Positions 40,511 to 50,280 of a DNA stretch of 64,000 bases are shown piece by piece. This DNA comes from a virus (lineage: Duplodnaviria; Caudoviricetes). The notes under the pieces are model-generated. The model made no database searches. It worked only from the letters and a program-made list of their open reading frames with translations, and had not been told where the DNA came from. Numbering within the stretch: position 1 is the stretch's first letter; each line of letters begins with the position of its first letter. The position numbers and the translations under genes were made by a program. The stretch covers positions 158,082-222,081 of IMG/VR virus record IMGVR_UViG_3300028549_000365; one strand, given 5' to 3'.

Positions 40511-41824
40511 ATGAATAAAATGATTATTAGAAAATTATCTATATATGAAGTTTCAAGAGAAACAAGTAGAATAGCTGAAAGAAAGTATGTGGTTAACACT
40601 AATTTAGATTTGAACGAATAAGTTAACGAGTTACTAGGTGATGGATATGCATTATCTAATTATGTTTTTGAATCAAGATTTAATAAACAACCTAAAAAGT
40701 TAATGAGTGCTGAATACACAGGAGCTACAATCTATTTAAAAGATGAAATAGATAAAAGTTTTGTTCTGGAAGTAGAAGTGCAATATGAAGGTTACAAAAA
40801 TATTTCGTTCATACAAGGCTATATTAAAAATGTAGATAACGTAGGTGTTTATTACATAACTGGAATAATAGATTATGTTAGATACCGTGATCTATTAATA
40901 GAAAAAGATGTATGTAAACTTATTACTAATGCAAATGTTGTAACAGCTACAGAGACTAGACGACTATCTAGACCTGAAGATATAATGGAAAAGGTAGCAA
41001 TTATAGAAATGTACAATAGTTTTAAGTTAGAAGTAACTAAACTTGGTTTAGAAACTGCACTATCAGATAGAGCCAATAACTTAGCTTCAAGTTATATGGC
41101 CAAAGTAGTTAAGTGTGTTGAAGAAGGAAAGGCATTATCTAGACCTACAGATGACGTAAACCAAGTGTTAATGACAATGCAATCTTTAGTACGTGAAAGT
41201 GCTATACAAACACATACTTTTATGCATGACTTGATTAGTATAACTGGAGAATTTTATACAAATACCTTTGACGAAAACACCTTAAATACATTAGCTAATA
41301 ATAACTTACAAGTTAATTATCACAGTAGAAATAGGCCTACTAAACATATTGTGATTTACGACTCATCGGCATGTGAATCTTCACACAGACTAGCTGTGGA
41401 GACTAGTCACTTCTTAATGAAAGTTTTACCAGAGGTAGGTATTAAATCTACTAAAATAGAACTTACTTGTACAGCTGGAGTAAATGATATAGTTATATCT
41501 AATAGTGAAAACATAATGGATGATTATGAGTACAAAGATAGAGACAATATATTATCTAGCAAAATAAAACATTTACTTATACCAACACTACTATCTAACG
41601 GTATATCTGTTATAAATATAGATGTTACTATTAACATTTTTACAGAAGCTATTTTTAGCATAACTTATTCTGATAGTAAAGGTAATGTAAACAAGATTGA
41701 TTATCTTATACCTGTATATTTGGAAAGTTTATATACACCAGTTGTTTGCGATTCTGAAAGTTTAAATAGCATATCAGAAGGAGTTATTTATGTATTGGAC
41801 AAAGTATTAAGTTATCAATATTAG
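40511..41824 (+). pseudogene. Diverged paralog of the PicA/gp69-like gene, interrupted by one in-frame TAA (40619-40621)
   Basis: ATG 40511 with an AAGAGGA RBS is in frame with track ORF 40703-41824 (offset 192 nt), with a single TAA at codon 37. Aligns with 27171-28631 along its length (FVLEVE..SFIQGY vs FLMEVE..SYLQGY; RPEDIME vs RPVDVLE; LESLYTPVVCD vs SDGLYTPVISD). Confidence 0.65.
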
Positions 41825-41861
41825 TAATAAAATAACTATATAACTTTCAACTTATTTCAAA

Positions 41862-41879
41862 CATATATCATAATTAAGA
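41862..41879 (+). promoter_or_regulatory. CATATATyAT early-promoter-like motif
   Basis: catatatcataattaaga upstream of 41888/42074. Confidence 0.45.
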
Positions 41880-41887
41880 GCAACAAT

Positions 41888-42070
41888 ATGACAACTACAT
41901 TAGTAGTTATAGCATTACTTATTTGGTTAATAAGTAGTGTTATAGTAAGCATTAAAAGTATAGGTGTGAGAGAAAAATCTTTTCTTACAAAAATAGTTAC
42001 ATTACCATCAACAGTAATTATACTGCTGTTTGTTAGTATGTATGGATTAATAAAAAAGATAAAAGGATAA
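41888..42070 (+). CDS. Small two-TM membrane protein
   Basis: 60 aa, two hydrophobic helices. Confidence 0.55.
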   Translation: MTTTLVVIALLIWLISSVIVSIKSIGVREKSFLTKIVTLPSTVIILLFVSMYGLIKKIKG

Positions 42071-42073
42071 AAA

Positions 42074-45000
42074 ATGATAATAAGATTAACCGAAACAAGT
42101 GTAAGATATACTAACAAAAAGAGAGATATTTATTTAGCTGGTGTTAGCGTGTCTAAACTTCTTAATAAAGAAATAACAGCAAAAGATGTGCAGGTTTTCT
42201 GTGTTAGAGACTGTGGTGATATAGACATGGCTGCAAGAAGAGTTGTCGATAACCTTTTTACAACTTATGGTCTACCACTTAATATAGTTAGTTCTGGAGC
42301 GGTGGTGCGTAACAAAAAGAAAGGTACATTTAAATATACCGCAGACAATTCAAAACTTAAAATGTCTGATGATACTTATATCACTAGCTTTGAGAAAGCT
42401 ATTAGTGATCTACTAGTAAAGACTGTTGTCACGGAGGCTAATAAACCTGAGAGTAGAGATGTAGCTAACTATAAATCTATTGGTGGCTTTGGTGCAAAAG
42501 TTTATAGTAACACACCTAAGTTTACTGGTGTTGACATACCTATTGACCTAGCTAAAAGATGTGTCCCTAGGGTGGCTAGAACACATTTAGAAGTATACCC
42601 AGCCTTTAACCCACTTGTTACTACGGCGTCATCAGGTAGACTGTTTATGAGTTCAGCACCTAACAGCGAGGAAAAAATTATTGCTGACGACTTAGCTTCT
42701 AAAGCAGAAGAAGCACAAGATAAAAAAGCTGAGGAGGAAAGACTAGTATATCTACGTGTAGGAGATAAAAAAATAGACGTGTCACTGTTCGTTGGTGGTG
42801 TAAGTGACGAAGACGCGAAAAGATTCTACAGTTATTTTGATAATATTGAAATACTAAGAATAGATCTGATTCCAAGTTTCACTACAAGAGAAGATAAAGT
42901 TACTATAGGTCTTAGAGAACGAACACTTCTATATAAAAAAGATACAGAAGTAGCTTTAGACGCGTTTTTATCTAGTAGCGGTAATGATAGAGAAAAAGTG
43001 CAATGTAGACTTAATTTAATTACTAAGCTTATAGCTGAACCATTGGAAGTTATAGATGTACACATTAGTGACGCTCTATATATGTACGCTGAAGAGTACG
43101 CAAAAGGTATTACACTTCCAACAAAAGAAGCTATACAAGAACAAACTACTAGTGATGATAAACTATCTAATTACATAGTGTGTTACACAGTAGATGGTGT
43201 TCCTAGTCCTGTAGCTTATGTTGTGCGTGATAGTTTGGATAACAAAGAAGCTGTTAAAACAGTTAAAGATCATATAAAAAGAGATAACCTGTTACCTAGT
43301 GAGCACAGTTTAATTACATGTGTGTCTGATGAGTTAGAAGAGTTTAGAACTTATAACGTGTCAGGTGAGTTAAAAACAAACGGTAACAAGGTAAATGAAA
43401 CAACCATAAGAGTACCACTTGACACACTACTTACAGCTAAAGCTATGACAGAATATTGTTTAACCAAAACATTAGAAGAGATAAACCGTAAAATATTTCT
43501 TAGAGGTGCTTTCGACTATGAAATTATTAGACAAAATGCGTTAAAGTCTATAGCTGCGTTTAGTACGTTTAATATAGAATCAGTCAACACACTTTACGCT
43601 AAATGTGTTGGTGCACAAACTGATACAGAAGATAAGAAAGATAAACAGGAAGAGGTGAAACCGTTATTTGATTATGTAAGTGATGAGAGACTAAAACTTA
43701 TGGAAAGACACAAAGAAATTATAGCAACTCAATTACAAGTAAAAAATAATTACATAGTTTGTTATAATGAAGATGATGTTCCTAGTAAATTGAATTATGT
43801 AGTGTATAACGCTAGAGGACAAAAACACGCTATTGAATGCGTTACTGAAAGATTAATCGCTAATGGGTTGGAACACAATGGGAGAGGTATTCGTATTACG
43901 AAAGCGAGTGTTTTTAACTCATACACTGAAATAGCATCAACAGCTAAAGCTATGTTAAAAGAATGTTTAGAACACTCACTTCACGAATTAAACATACATT
44001 TTGGTATGGTAGACGCTAAGTATGAAACAGTGCTAAAACAAAAAATCTCAGATCGTATAAAAAACTTTGACGAAGAATATACCCCATCTTCATTTGTAAC
44101 TATACGTATTGAAGATGACGATATCGCTACACCAAATGAAGAACCACAAAGAGGTATGTGTGGTTGTTGCACACCTATCGATGAGTTAGCTTATGTTAAT
44201 GATAAAACTGAAAAACAGTTTGTTGTGGCAAAAACTATTAATGGTAAATTAGAGTCAATAGTTTATGTAGTTCACAATGTGGCTAACGTAGAACAAGCTG
44301 TAGATATTTGTCGTGAGCGTGATAAAGTTAGGGTAGGTAACAGTATGTCAAGCTATGCTGGTAGTGAAATTGATGCAGTTAGTAACTATGCGTTTAACTT
44401 ACACAATGTTACAGCTAAAACTATAACGAATTGTGTTAGTGATACAATTGAACAAATTGAAAACTTAAAGGCTAGTGTACCAGAGTGTACACCTATAACA
44501 GATAGTCATACCAGCACTATTAACTTCTTGAAACATTTAATAGATCCGAAAATATTAGAAAGGGTACTTACTGATATAGACTACGTACATCTAAATGAGA
44601 ACCCTACAGTAGATGACACTGTAAAAGATAAAGATAGTGCTGATAATGAGACTAAGCGTTTTTTAACAGCATATCAAATTGATGGTCTACTTAGCAGACA
44701 GTTATATTTAGTACACAATGTAGAAACTAAAGAAGCTGCTGAAGAGTTAACAACACAATATTTATTAAACGAAGGTAAGCTTAATGGTCTTAATGCTGTA
44801 TTGTTTAAATGTGTTGGTGTTCCAGTAGGCACTGATGATACTTATGGTAACGTAGATATGGTATTAAATCACTGTTTAGAATATAGCATTGATGAAGTAA
44901 TTGAACAGTTAGCTAACGATAATAATTGTAACCTACTCAAAGATCGTTTACGGGAAATTAAGAATAGGTTATTAGCTACTTTAAGCAAGATAAATAAAGA

Positions 45001-45982
45001 TTTTATACTTGAACCATGTATCTCTTTAAACGAAAGCCCTACATTAGAAGAACATGTAAAGATGGAGAATAGTGCTGTTAATGAAACAAATAAAAAGTTC
45101 TTAGTTAGCTATGCTTTAGATTTAGATTTGAGTCCTATAGTTTATCTAGTTAATGGGTCTGGTAGTAAAGAAGGAGCTATGAATTATGTAATAGATAAAC
45201 TAATTGGAACTAACATGAGTGAAGAACAATGTTCTTCTATTAACATAAGTGATAAATTAACTTGTGGTGCTTTAGAGCTTGTTGCGACAGATGGTGTAGG
45301 TGATGTAGCTGGAACACTTATGTACAAGACAATGTTAGAACACTCTACCAAGTTAGAAAAGATAGCTAGTATCTTAGATGCGGAAAACAAAACTATACTT
45401 CACGATAGATACTTATTGATGGCTGATGACTTGAAAGCAAGACATAATAAATGGATCACTACAGATGGTGAAAACGATATTGGTTTCTGGGTAGTGGATA
45501 TTGATATAAATGATGAAGATACAACTAAAGATGATGTATGTAATTGTGAAAACCTTGGTTTAAGAGTTGGCGATATATCATCACCTGATCCTCGTTACAA
45601 ACCAGCTGACATAGATGAATTTACTACTGTTGCTGGAAACGACTTAAATTTGGGTAAGGTGCATTTTGAAGTTTCTAAACATTGTTATGAAACAAGTGAA
45701 TATATTACTGAATTAATACCTGAAAAATGTGATCTAAAATGGGTTGTGGATTTGTATAACAAGTGTGTGGAGTTAGATAACAGTGTAATAGGTAGGATAG
45801 ACCGCCGTGAAACTTATGGTTATATACTTGAAGGTTTAACTAGAATTAAGATAGAGTTAGATAAAATTAGAGTTACTATGTACAATGTACTTAACCCTTA
45901 TGAGCATATAGTGTTGGATTCTATAGACAATTATGTTACAAAAAACAAAACGCATTATGATGCAAAAATGAAAGGAGAATAG
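42074..45982 (+). CDS. Large hypothetical protein with five ~150-aa internal repeats
   Basis: 1302 aa; repeats begin near aa 366, 559, 715, 862 and 1008 with consensus [NKR][YF][IVL]V.Y..D...S..[VL]Y[VL]V.N....E.A. Confidence 0.75.
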   Translation: MIIRLTETSVRYTNKKRDIYLAGVSVSKLLNKEITAKDVQVFCVRDCGDIDMAARRVVDNLFTTYGLPLNIVSSGAVVRNKKKGTFKYTADNSKLKMSDDTYITSFEKAISDLLVKTVVTEANKPESRDVANYKSIGGFGAKVYSNTPKFTGVDIPIDLAKRCVPRVARTHLEVYPAFNPLVTTASSGRLFMSSAPNSEEKIIADDLASKAEEAQDKKAEEERLVYLRVGDKKIDVSLFVGGVSDEDAKRFYSYFDNIEILRIDLIPSFTTREDKVTIGLRERTLLYKKDTEVALDAFLSSSGNDREKVQCRLNLITKLIAEPLEVIDVHISDALYMYAEEYAKGITLPTKEAIQEQTTSDDKLSNYIVCYTVDGVPSPVAYVVRDSLDNKEAVKTVKDHIKRDNLLPSEHSLITCVSDELEEFRTYNVSGELKTNGNKVNETTIRVPLDTLLTAKAMTEYCLTKTLEEINRKIFLRGAFDYEIIRQNALKSIAAFSTFNIESVNTLYAKCVGAQTDTEDKKDKQEEVKPLFDYVSDERLKLMERHKEIIATQLQVKNNYIVCYNEDDVPSKLNYVVYNARGQKHAIECVTERLIANGLEHNGRGIRITKASVFNSYTEIASTAKAMLKECLEHSLHELNIHFGMVDAKYETVLKQKISDRIKNFDEEYTPSSFVTIRIEDDDIATPNEEPQRGMCGCCTPIDELAYVNDKTEKQFVVAKTINGKLESIVYVVHNVANVEQAVDICRERDKVRVGNSMSSYAGSEIDAVSNYAFNLHNVTAKTITNCVSDTIEQIENLKASVPECTPITDSHTSTINFLKHLIDPKILERVLTDIDYVHLNENPTVDDTVKDKDSADNETKRFLTAYQIDGLLSRQLYLVHNVETKEAAEELTTQYLLNEGKLNGLNAVLFKCVGVPVGTDDTYGNVDMVLNHCLEYSIDEVIEQLANDNNCNLLKDRLREIKNRLLATLSKINKDFILEPCISLNESPTLEEHVKMENSAVNETNKKFLVSYALDLDLSPIVYLVNGSGSKEGAMNYVIDKLIGTNMSEEQCSSINISDKLTCGALELVATDGVGDVAGTLMYKTMLEHSTKLEKIASILDAENKTILHDRYLLMADDLKARHNKWITTDGENDIGFWVVDIDINDEDTTKDDVCNCENLGLRVGDISSPDPRYKPADIDEFTTVAGNDLNLGKVHFEVSKHCYETSEYITELIPEKCDLKWVVDLYNKCVELDNSVIGRIDRRETYGYILEGLTRIKIELDKIRVTMYNVLNPYEHIVLDSIDNYVTKNKTHYDAKMKGE

Positions 45983-46150
45983 ATGAAGAAGCTTCAACAA
46001 CTATCTTTAATGACAGCAAATGCAGTCGTGTCAACTAGCTCGCTTAGTAGTTATCTATATGGTAATCCTAAGCCTAAAGTTGTAGACAACGCAGCTAAAA
46101 AGAAAAAGAGAAAGACTGCTAACAAAAGCAAACGTTTAAACAGAAAGTAA
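45983..46150 (+). CDS. Small basic protein (55 aa)
   Basis: Hand translation MKKLQQLSL...AAKKKKRKTANKSKRLNRK; AAGGAG RBS. Confidence 0.55.
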   Translation: MKKLQQLSLMTANAVVSTSSLSSYLYGNPKPKVVDNAAKKKKRKTANKSKRLNRK

Positions 46151-46154
46151 TATT

Positions 46155-46568
46155 ATGATAGGTGATATTATAAACACTGTTAGTATAACTACTAATGTTA
46201 ATTCGTTCTCTACAAGTGCTTTATATCATATTAGTTATTATGTCCCAGAGAGTAAAGAAAGATTACAAAGGGACTTTATCTACTATAATATATTAACTCC
46301 GTATGGTGAAGGTATTATACTTAAAGTTAGAGTAGGTGGTTATTATAGAGAAGTTGACTTCAAAGCTTGTTCTATAATAAATAAAAGTAAAATAGATACT
46401 GATAATACTAAGTTCTTTATGAAAGGTGTATTTAGAAGAGATACCAATGAGTTTAAGGATATGAAGGTCGGTAGTGATTTTGTAGTGAGTTTAACTACTT
46501 CGTCACCAGATTCACAACTAGCTAAAGTCATATCTGATTTCATAAAGACTTTATGTGTGGTTTATTAA
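46155..46568 (+). CDS. Hypothetical protein
   Basis: 137 aa ORF. Confidence 0.6.
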   Translation: MIGDIINTVSITTNVNSFSTSALYHISYYVPESKERLQRDFIYYNILTPYGEGIILKVRVGGYYREVDFKACSIINKSKIDTDNTKFFMKGVFRRDTNEFKDMKVGSDFVVSLTTSSPDSQLAKVISDFIKTLCVVY

Positions 46569-46571
46569 GGA

Positions 46572-46919
46572 GTGAATATGATAAACCAATTAAAAGTGGG
46601 AAACTCGTTAATTGTAGATGTTTCAAAATGTGTACCTAAAGAAGGTTTAATCACTATATTTAAGATAGTCGAAATAAACCAACTGAATAAGGAAGATAAG
46701 TTCTCTATACTTACTAATGGTGGGTCAGAGTACGAGACGGAACTTAAAAATGATGAACTAGTGTTTTTAAACAAACCATGTTTAAAACTTATTTATATAG
46801 TAGATACAACACATAATGTTTATATAACTAACACAAACAAAGACGTTAGCAAGTCAACATTATCAATTGTTAGACGCCTATATAAGTTTATAAATAAGGT
46901 TGACCTATGTATGATGTAA
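46572..46919 (+). CDS. Hypothetical protein
   Basis: 115 aa ORF with AAGGAG RBS. Confidence 0.6.
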   Translation: MNMINQLKVGNSLIVDVSKCVPKEGLITIFKIVEINQLNKEDKFSILTNGGSEYETELKNDELVFLNKPCLKLIYIVDTTHNVYITNTNKDVSKSTLSIVRRLYKFINKVDLCMM

Positions 46920-47182
46920 TAATTTGGTACATGGTAGGATATGTTGTAAGTTTATTTACAATATTTTTATATAACTTACTTAGTAAAAAGTATTTTAAAT
47001 CAGTAACTTTAGAGTTGGGTTTAATGTATAGTTTGTTTAGTTGGGTTATGGTTATTGTTAGTATTATAGCAATTTTAAGTAGGCTAGTCGGTTACGTTGG
47101 GATAGGTTGTCGTAAAGCTTGTATTAAAATATGTGGTGATAACTTTATGTATAAACTAAAAAATAAATTCGAATGTAAATAG
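46907..47182 (+). CDS. Small two-TM membrane protein
   Basis: 91 aa, two hydrophobic helices with an SLFSW motif. Confidence 0.55.
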   Translation: MYDVIIWYMVGYVVSLFTIFLYNLLSKKYFKSVTLELGLMYSLFSWVMVIVSIIAILSRLVGYVGIGCRKACIKICGDNFMYKLKNKFECK

Positions 47183-47186
47183 TAAG

Positions 47187-47219
47187 TATAGTAACACAAT
47201 TGTGTTACTATATTTTTTT
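47187..47219 (+). terminator. Terminator (26-nt perfect palindrome plus T-run)
   Basis: tatagtaacacaa|ttgtgttactata then tttttttc. Confidence 0.75.
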
Positions 47220-47234
47220 CTGTTTTTATATAAT

Positions 47235-47252
47235 CATATAATATTTAAATAG
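47235..47252 (+). promoter_or_regulatory. Early-promoter-like motif (degenerate)
   Basis: catataatatttaaatag after the terminator, upstream of 47298. Confidence 0.45.
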
Positions 47253-47297
47253 AGTGTGTAACTGCAGAACACATTACTTATAAAATAAGGATAAAAA

Positions 47298-47591
47298 ATG
47301 AAAGAAGAAGAAGCTAAGACAAAGATTTGCCCGTATTTAAACAAGAACTGTATTACAGAAGAATGCATGATGTGGGTTACTGAACATAAAGGTAAAAAAG
47401 CAATTGATACTATAGTCGAACCCTATGATATGACACCAGGTGATGTTATAAGATGGATACAAGAGAAAAAAGAAGAAGGTTATGTAGATGTTGGGCGTGG
47501 TGATGGTTTTAGGACCAAGTACACAAAGTTTGAAGAAACTTTCGATGGAAACTGTTCTCTTGTTAAAACTAAACTAAAGGATACGTTATGA
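47298..47591 (+). CDS. Small Cys-rich phage protein
   Basis: CPYL..NCITEECMMW...GNCSL. Confidence 0.6.
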   Translation: MKEEEAKTKICPYLNKNCITEECMMWVTEHKGKKAIDTIVEPYDMTPGDVIRWIQEKKEEGYVDVGRGDGFRTKYTKFEETFDGNCSLVKTKLKDTL

Positions 47592-47935
47592 AAACAGTAA
47601 ACGATGTAAAAGAAGGTATGCAGTATATCTGTTATAAAGAATGTTATAAGTTAGATCTTACAAATATTGATTTAATACAGACTGGTTCTAAAGAAGAGTT
47701 ATTTTCTAAAATAGAGAATCATATGATCCCTGTATATACACTAGATATGATAACACCACCTGTTAATATATGCAGAATGTATGGTACACCTAGAATAGTA
47801 TTTGACGACCCAGAGTTTACATTTCCGTATACGACATTTAATATAGAACATTTTCTAGAATATTTTAAACCGTATGATTTAGAAACTAGAAAAGAACTTA
47901 TGGAAAAGAGTAAACAAGGTTTGTTAATATGTTGA
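47588..47935 (+). CDS. Hypothetical protein
   Basis: 115 aa, overlapping start/stop coupling. Confidence 0.6.
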   Translation: MKTVNDVKEGMQYICYKECYKLDLTNIDLIQTGSKEELFSKIENHMIPVYTLDMITPPVNICRMYGTPRIVFDDPEFTFPYTTFNIEHFLEYFKPYDLETRKELMEKSKQGLLIC

Positions 47936-47970
47936 TACACAAGAAAAAGAATTGATAATAGGAGAAATAA

Positions 47971-48168
47971 ATGAATAGTAATAAATATGAATTAGATCAG
48001 TTAGAAGCTGAACAAGATGAGTTATATACTAAGTTACAAGAACTTAAGAATGAGAAAGATCTTGCCGAAGAAGATTTCACTGGTTACATTGACGATGAGA
48101 TAGAAGAGGCTAACGAATCTATAAATAGAGTAAATAGTCTTATAGAGAACTACAATAATAGGAGTTAA
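47971..48168 (+). CDS. Small acidic coiled-coil protein
   Basis: 65 aa, heptad pattern, AGGAG RBS. Confidence 0.6.
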   Translation: MNSNKYELDQLEAEQDELYTKLQELKNEKDLAEEDFTGYIDDEIEEANESINRVNSLIENYNNRS

Positions 48169-48169
48169 T

Positions 48170-48661
48170 ATGATAAGTAGTATTCCAACAAATAACCCAA
48201 TGTTTACTTTACAAAAACGATACCACAGGATAATTAAAATTATTGGTAAAATACAAAATAGCAATAAACATAAAAATTTATTACGCAAACTGGAAATATT
48301 AAGTGTGCGTATTAAGTATGTTGTAAATAGTTCATATGGTATATATGTTACAAATCCAGTAACTCGTCTTTATAGAGAGGGTGAGAGTGACTACATTAGA
48401 CACATAGGTAAACTATTAACAACTTGTGATGGGAACACTTTACCTCTCGGAATAGACCAAGTGGATGATTTAAAAGAATGGCGAGATAAGTTTTGTTTTA
48501 ATGCTTTTAATGCTAGAAAACCGTATTATTTAAAAATACCAATTGGTAATAGCGCACCAACTACTAGTGATGATAAACTATCTAATTACATAGCGTGTTA
48601 CTCAGTAGATGGTGTAGAGATAATACCACGATACAAAAAGATAAAAAAAAATAAAGGATAA
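48170..48661 (+). CDS. Hypothetical protein whose C-terminus copies a piece of the 1302-aa protein
   Basis: 163 aa; ends TTSDDKLSNYIACYSVDGV, nearly identical to aa ~358-376 of 42074-45982. Confidence 0.6.
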   Translation: MISSIPTNNPMFTLQKRYHRIIKIIGKIQNSNKHKNLLRKLEILSVRIKYVVNSSYGIYVTNPVTRLYREGESDYIRHIGKLLTTCDGNTLPLGIDQVDDLKEWRDKFCFNAFNARKPYYLKIPIGNSAPTTSDDKLSNYIACYSVDGVEIIPRYKKIKKNKG

Positions 48662-48663
48662 TA

Positions 48664-48963
48664 ATGTTAGAAAAGATGATATGGTCTAACGAGATTATTA
48701 AAGACCCTGATCCCAGTGATATATATTGGGGTACGATAAGTAACAATAATGATTTTAGTACTGCTTTAGTTTATAATCAGAATCAATTTAAGAGATTTTG
48801 TAGAGAAACACTTGAAACTGATTCTAGATATGACTTAACAGAAATAAGTAATCCTAGATATATGTGGTGGACGGAGAGATATCCATTTAAATACCCTTGT
48901 AAGGTGCAATTTTGGAGTCATTTTGAAGGTAGTATGTTATACTTAGCTATAGAGTATATATAA
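48664..48963 (+). CDS. Hypothetical protein
   Basis: 99 aa ORF with RBS. Confidence 0.6.
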   Translation: MLEKMIWSNEIIKDPDPSDIYWGTISNNNDFSTALVYNQNQFKRFCRETLETDSRYDLTEISNPRYMWWTERYPFKYPCKVQFWSHFEGSMLYLAIEYI

Positions 48964-48989
48964 ATAATAATACAAATAAAGGAATTAAA

Positions 48990-49820
48990 ATGAGTAGCGT
49001 TAAAGAAACTGAACAAAAGATATTAAGACAAGCTAGAGAGACATTTGACAAATATAATTTAAACCCATTTGAATTAAACCATATAGCCAGAGATGAGCTT
49101 GCGAGTAAATGTAAAATTCATAGTTCTACTTGTGAGAGTATAAACAAACAGTTAGAAGGTGGAATTAAAAGAGATGATTTCCTTTGTTTTTCAGGTATAA
49201 GTAATCCAGAAGGATTCACATCTATGCCTTTTATGCAAACAATAGAAACCGCTATACGAGCTAACAGTTATTCACCTGAACCTATAGTATTAGATTATGA
49301 GCCAGCTTTACTTAAATATACATACACTATAGATACTCTAAATGCGCAAAATGAAATATTTAACAAGATACGTGCTGAAGGAGCTAAGATATGTATGGAT
49401 GTTTCGCCAGGTGATTGGTTTAATTCGCGTATTGATAGTGATGATATAGCACATAATGAAATGCCAAAGTTAATGGGGATAGAAACTGAAAGAGGTATAA
49501 CTATCACTACTCGTAAACCTTTAAGTTTAACTAGTGCTGTTAGTGCCGCTATAATGCCTGATATACATTTTAGCAATAGAGATACCATAGTATTAGGTAA
49601 CACATATTCACAACATGATAATATTAGCGACCATCTCGACACCTTAGCTATTATGAGTGAAAATAAATTAAGCGCGATAAAACGAGCATTGTGGGATTAC
49701 GATGGAGATAGCGTGATAAAACAAAAACCAACATACAGCCCTAAAGGTAGTAAGGTGTTAACTCATGGTGTTAACGTTAAAAGAGTAGCTAAGAATAGAA
49801 AAAAGAAAAAGGGTAAATAA
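48990..49820 (+). CDS. Hypothetical protein with a basic C-terminal tail
   Basis: 276 aa; ends KRVAKNRKKKKGK. Confidence 0.65.
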   Translation: MSSVKETEQKILRQARETFDKYNLNPFELNHIARDELASKCKIHSSTCESINKQLEGGIKRDDFLCFSGISNPEGFTSMPFMQTIETAIRANSYSPEPIVLDYEPALLKYTYTIDTLNAQNEIFNKIRAEGAKICMDVSPGDWFNSRIDSDDIAHNEMPKLMGIETERGITITTRKPLSLTSAVSAAIMPDIHFSNRDTIVLGNTYSQHDNISDHLDTLAIMSENKLSAIKRALWDYDGDSVIKQKPTYSPKGSKVLTHGVNVKRVAKNRKKKKGK

Positions 49821-50125
49821 TGACAGAAAATAATGCATGCGAACTACTATCAGTAATACTTATAGTGTTAATAGTTGTGTTTATAGTGTGGTTGATAGGT
49901 TACAATATAATGTATAATTCAAAACATTATAAAGACACAGGATGTGGTATAGAACAGTTTAAACCTAAAGGACCAATAGATATGAGTGTAGAGTTTTGCG
50001 AAAGCTGTGGGTGTATTGACACCACTAAACTTTATGTTAGTGATAATCCTGAAAAACTTTGCTGGTGGGATAACAGATACCTAATTACTAAAATGAAAAA
50101 GAAAAAGAAAAAAGGTAACAAATAA
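49820..50125 (+). CDS. Membrane-anchored Cys-containing protein
   Basis: N-terminal TM helix, CESCGC motif, poly-Lys tail. Confidence 0.55.
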   Translation: MTENNACELLSVILIVLIVVFIVWLIGYNIMYNSKHYKDTGCGIEQFKPKGPIDMSVEFCESCGCIDTTKLYVSDNPEKLCWWDNRYLITKMKKKKKKGNK

Positions 50126-50280
50126 TGTTTTGGTTGTTAGCGATAGTAATACTATTTGTGGTAATAAGCTTAGTGGTATACTACTATAACACAACAACTG
50201 AAACTACTTATACATATTACGACGAAACAAGAACAAATGATAAGAAAGGAAAGAATGATGCAAGAAGTAAAAAAATATAG
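50125..50280 (+). CDS. Small single-TM protein (51 aa)
   Basis: Hand translation MFWLLAIVILFVVISLVVYYY...; TAATG coupling to the previous gene. Confidence 0.5.
   Translation: MFWLLAIVILFVVISLVVYYYNTTTETTYTYYDETRTNDKKGKNDARSKKI

Noticed and set aside
40619-40621. Genome-wide stop-codon reassignment
   Set aside because: Only one internal stop was found; TAA, TAG and TGA all terminate well-supported genes, and long genes are intact in the standard code.
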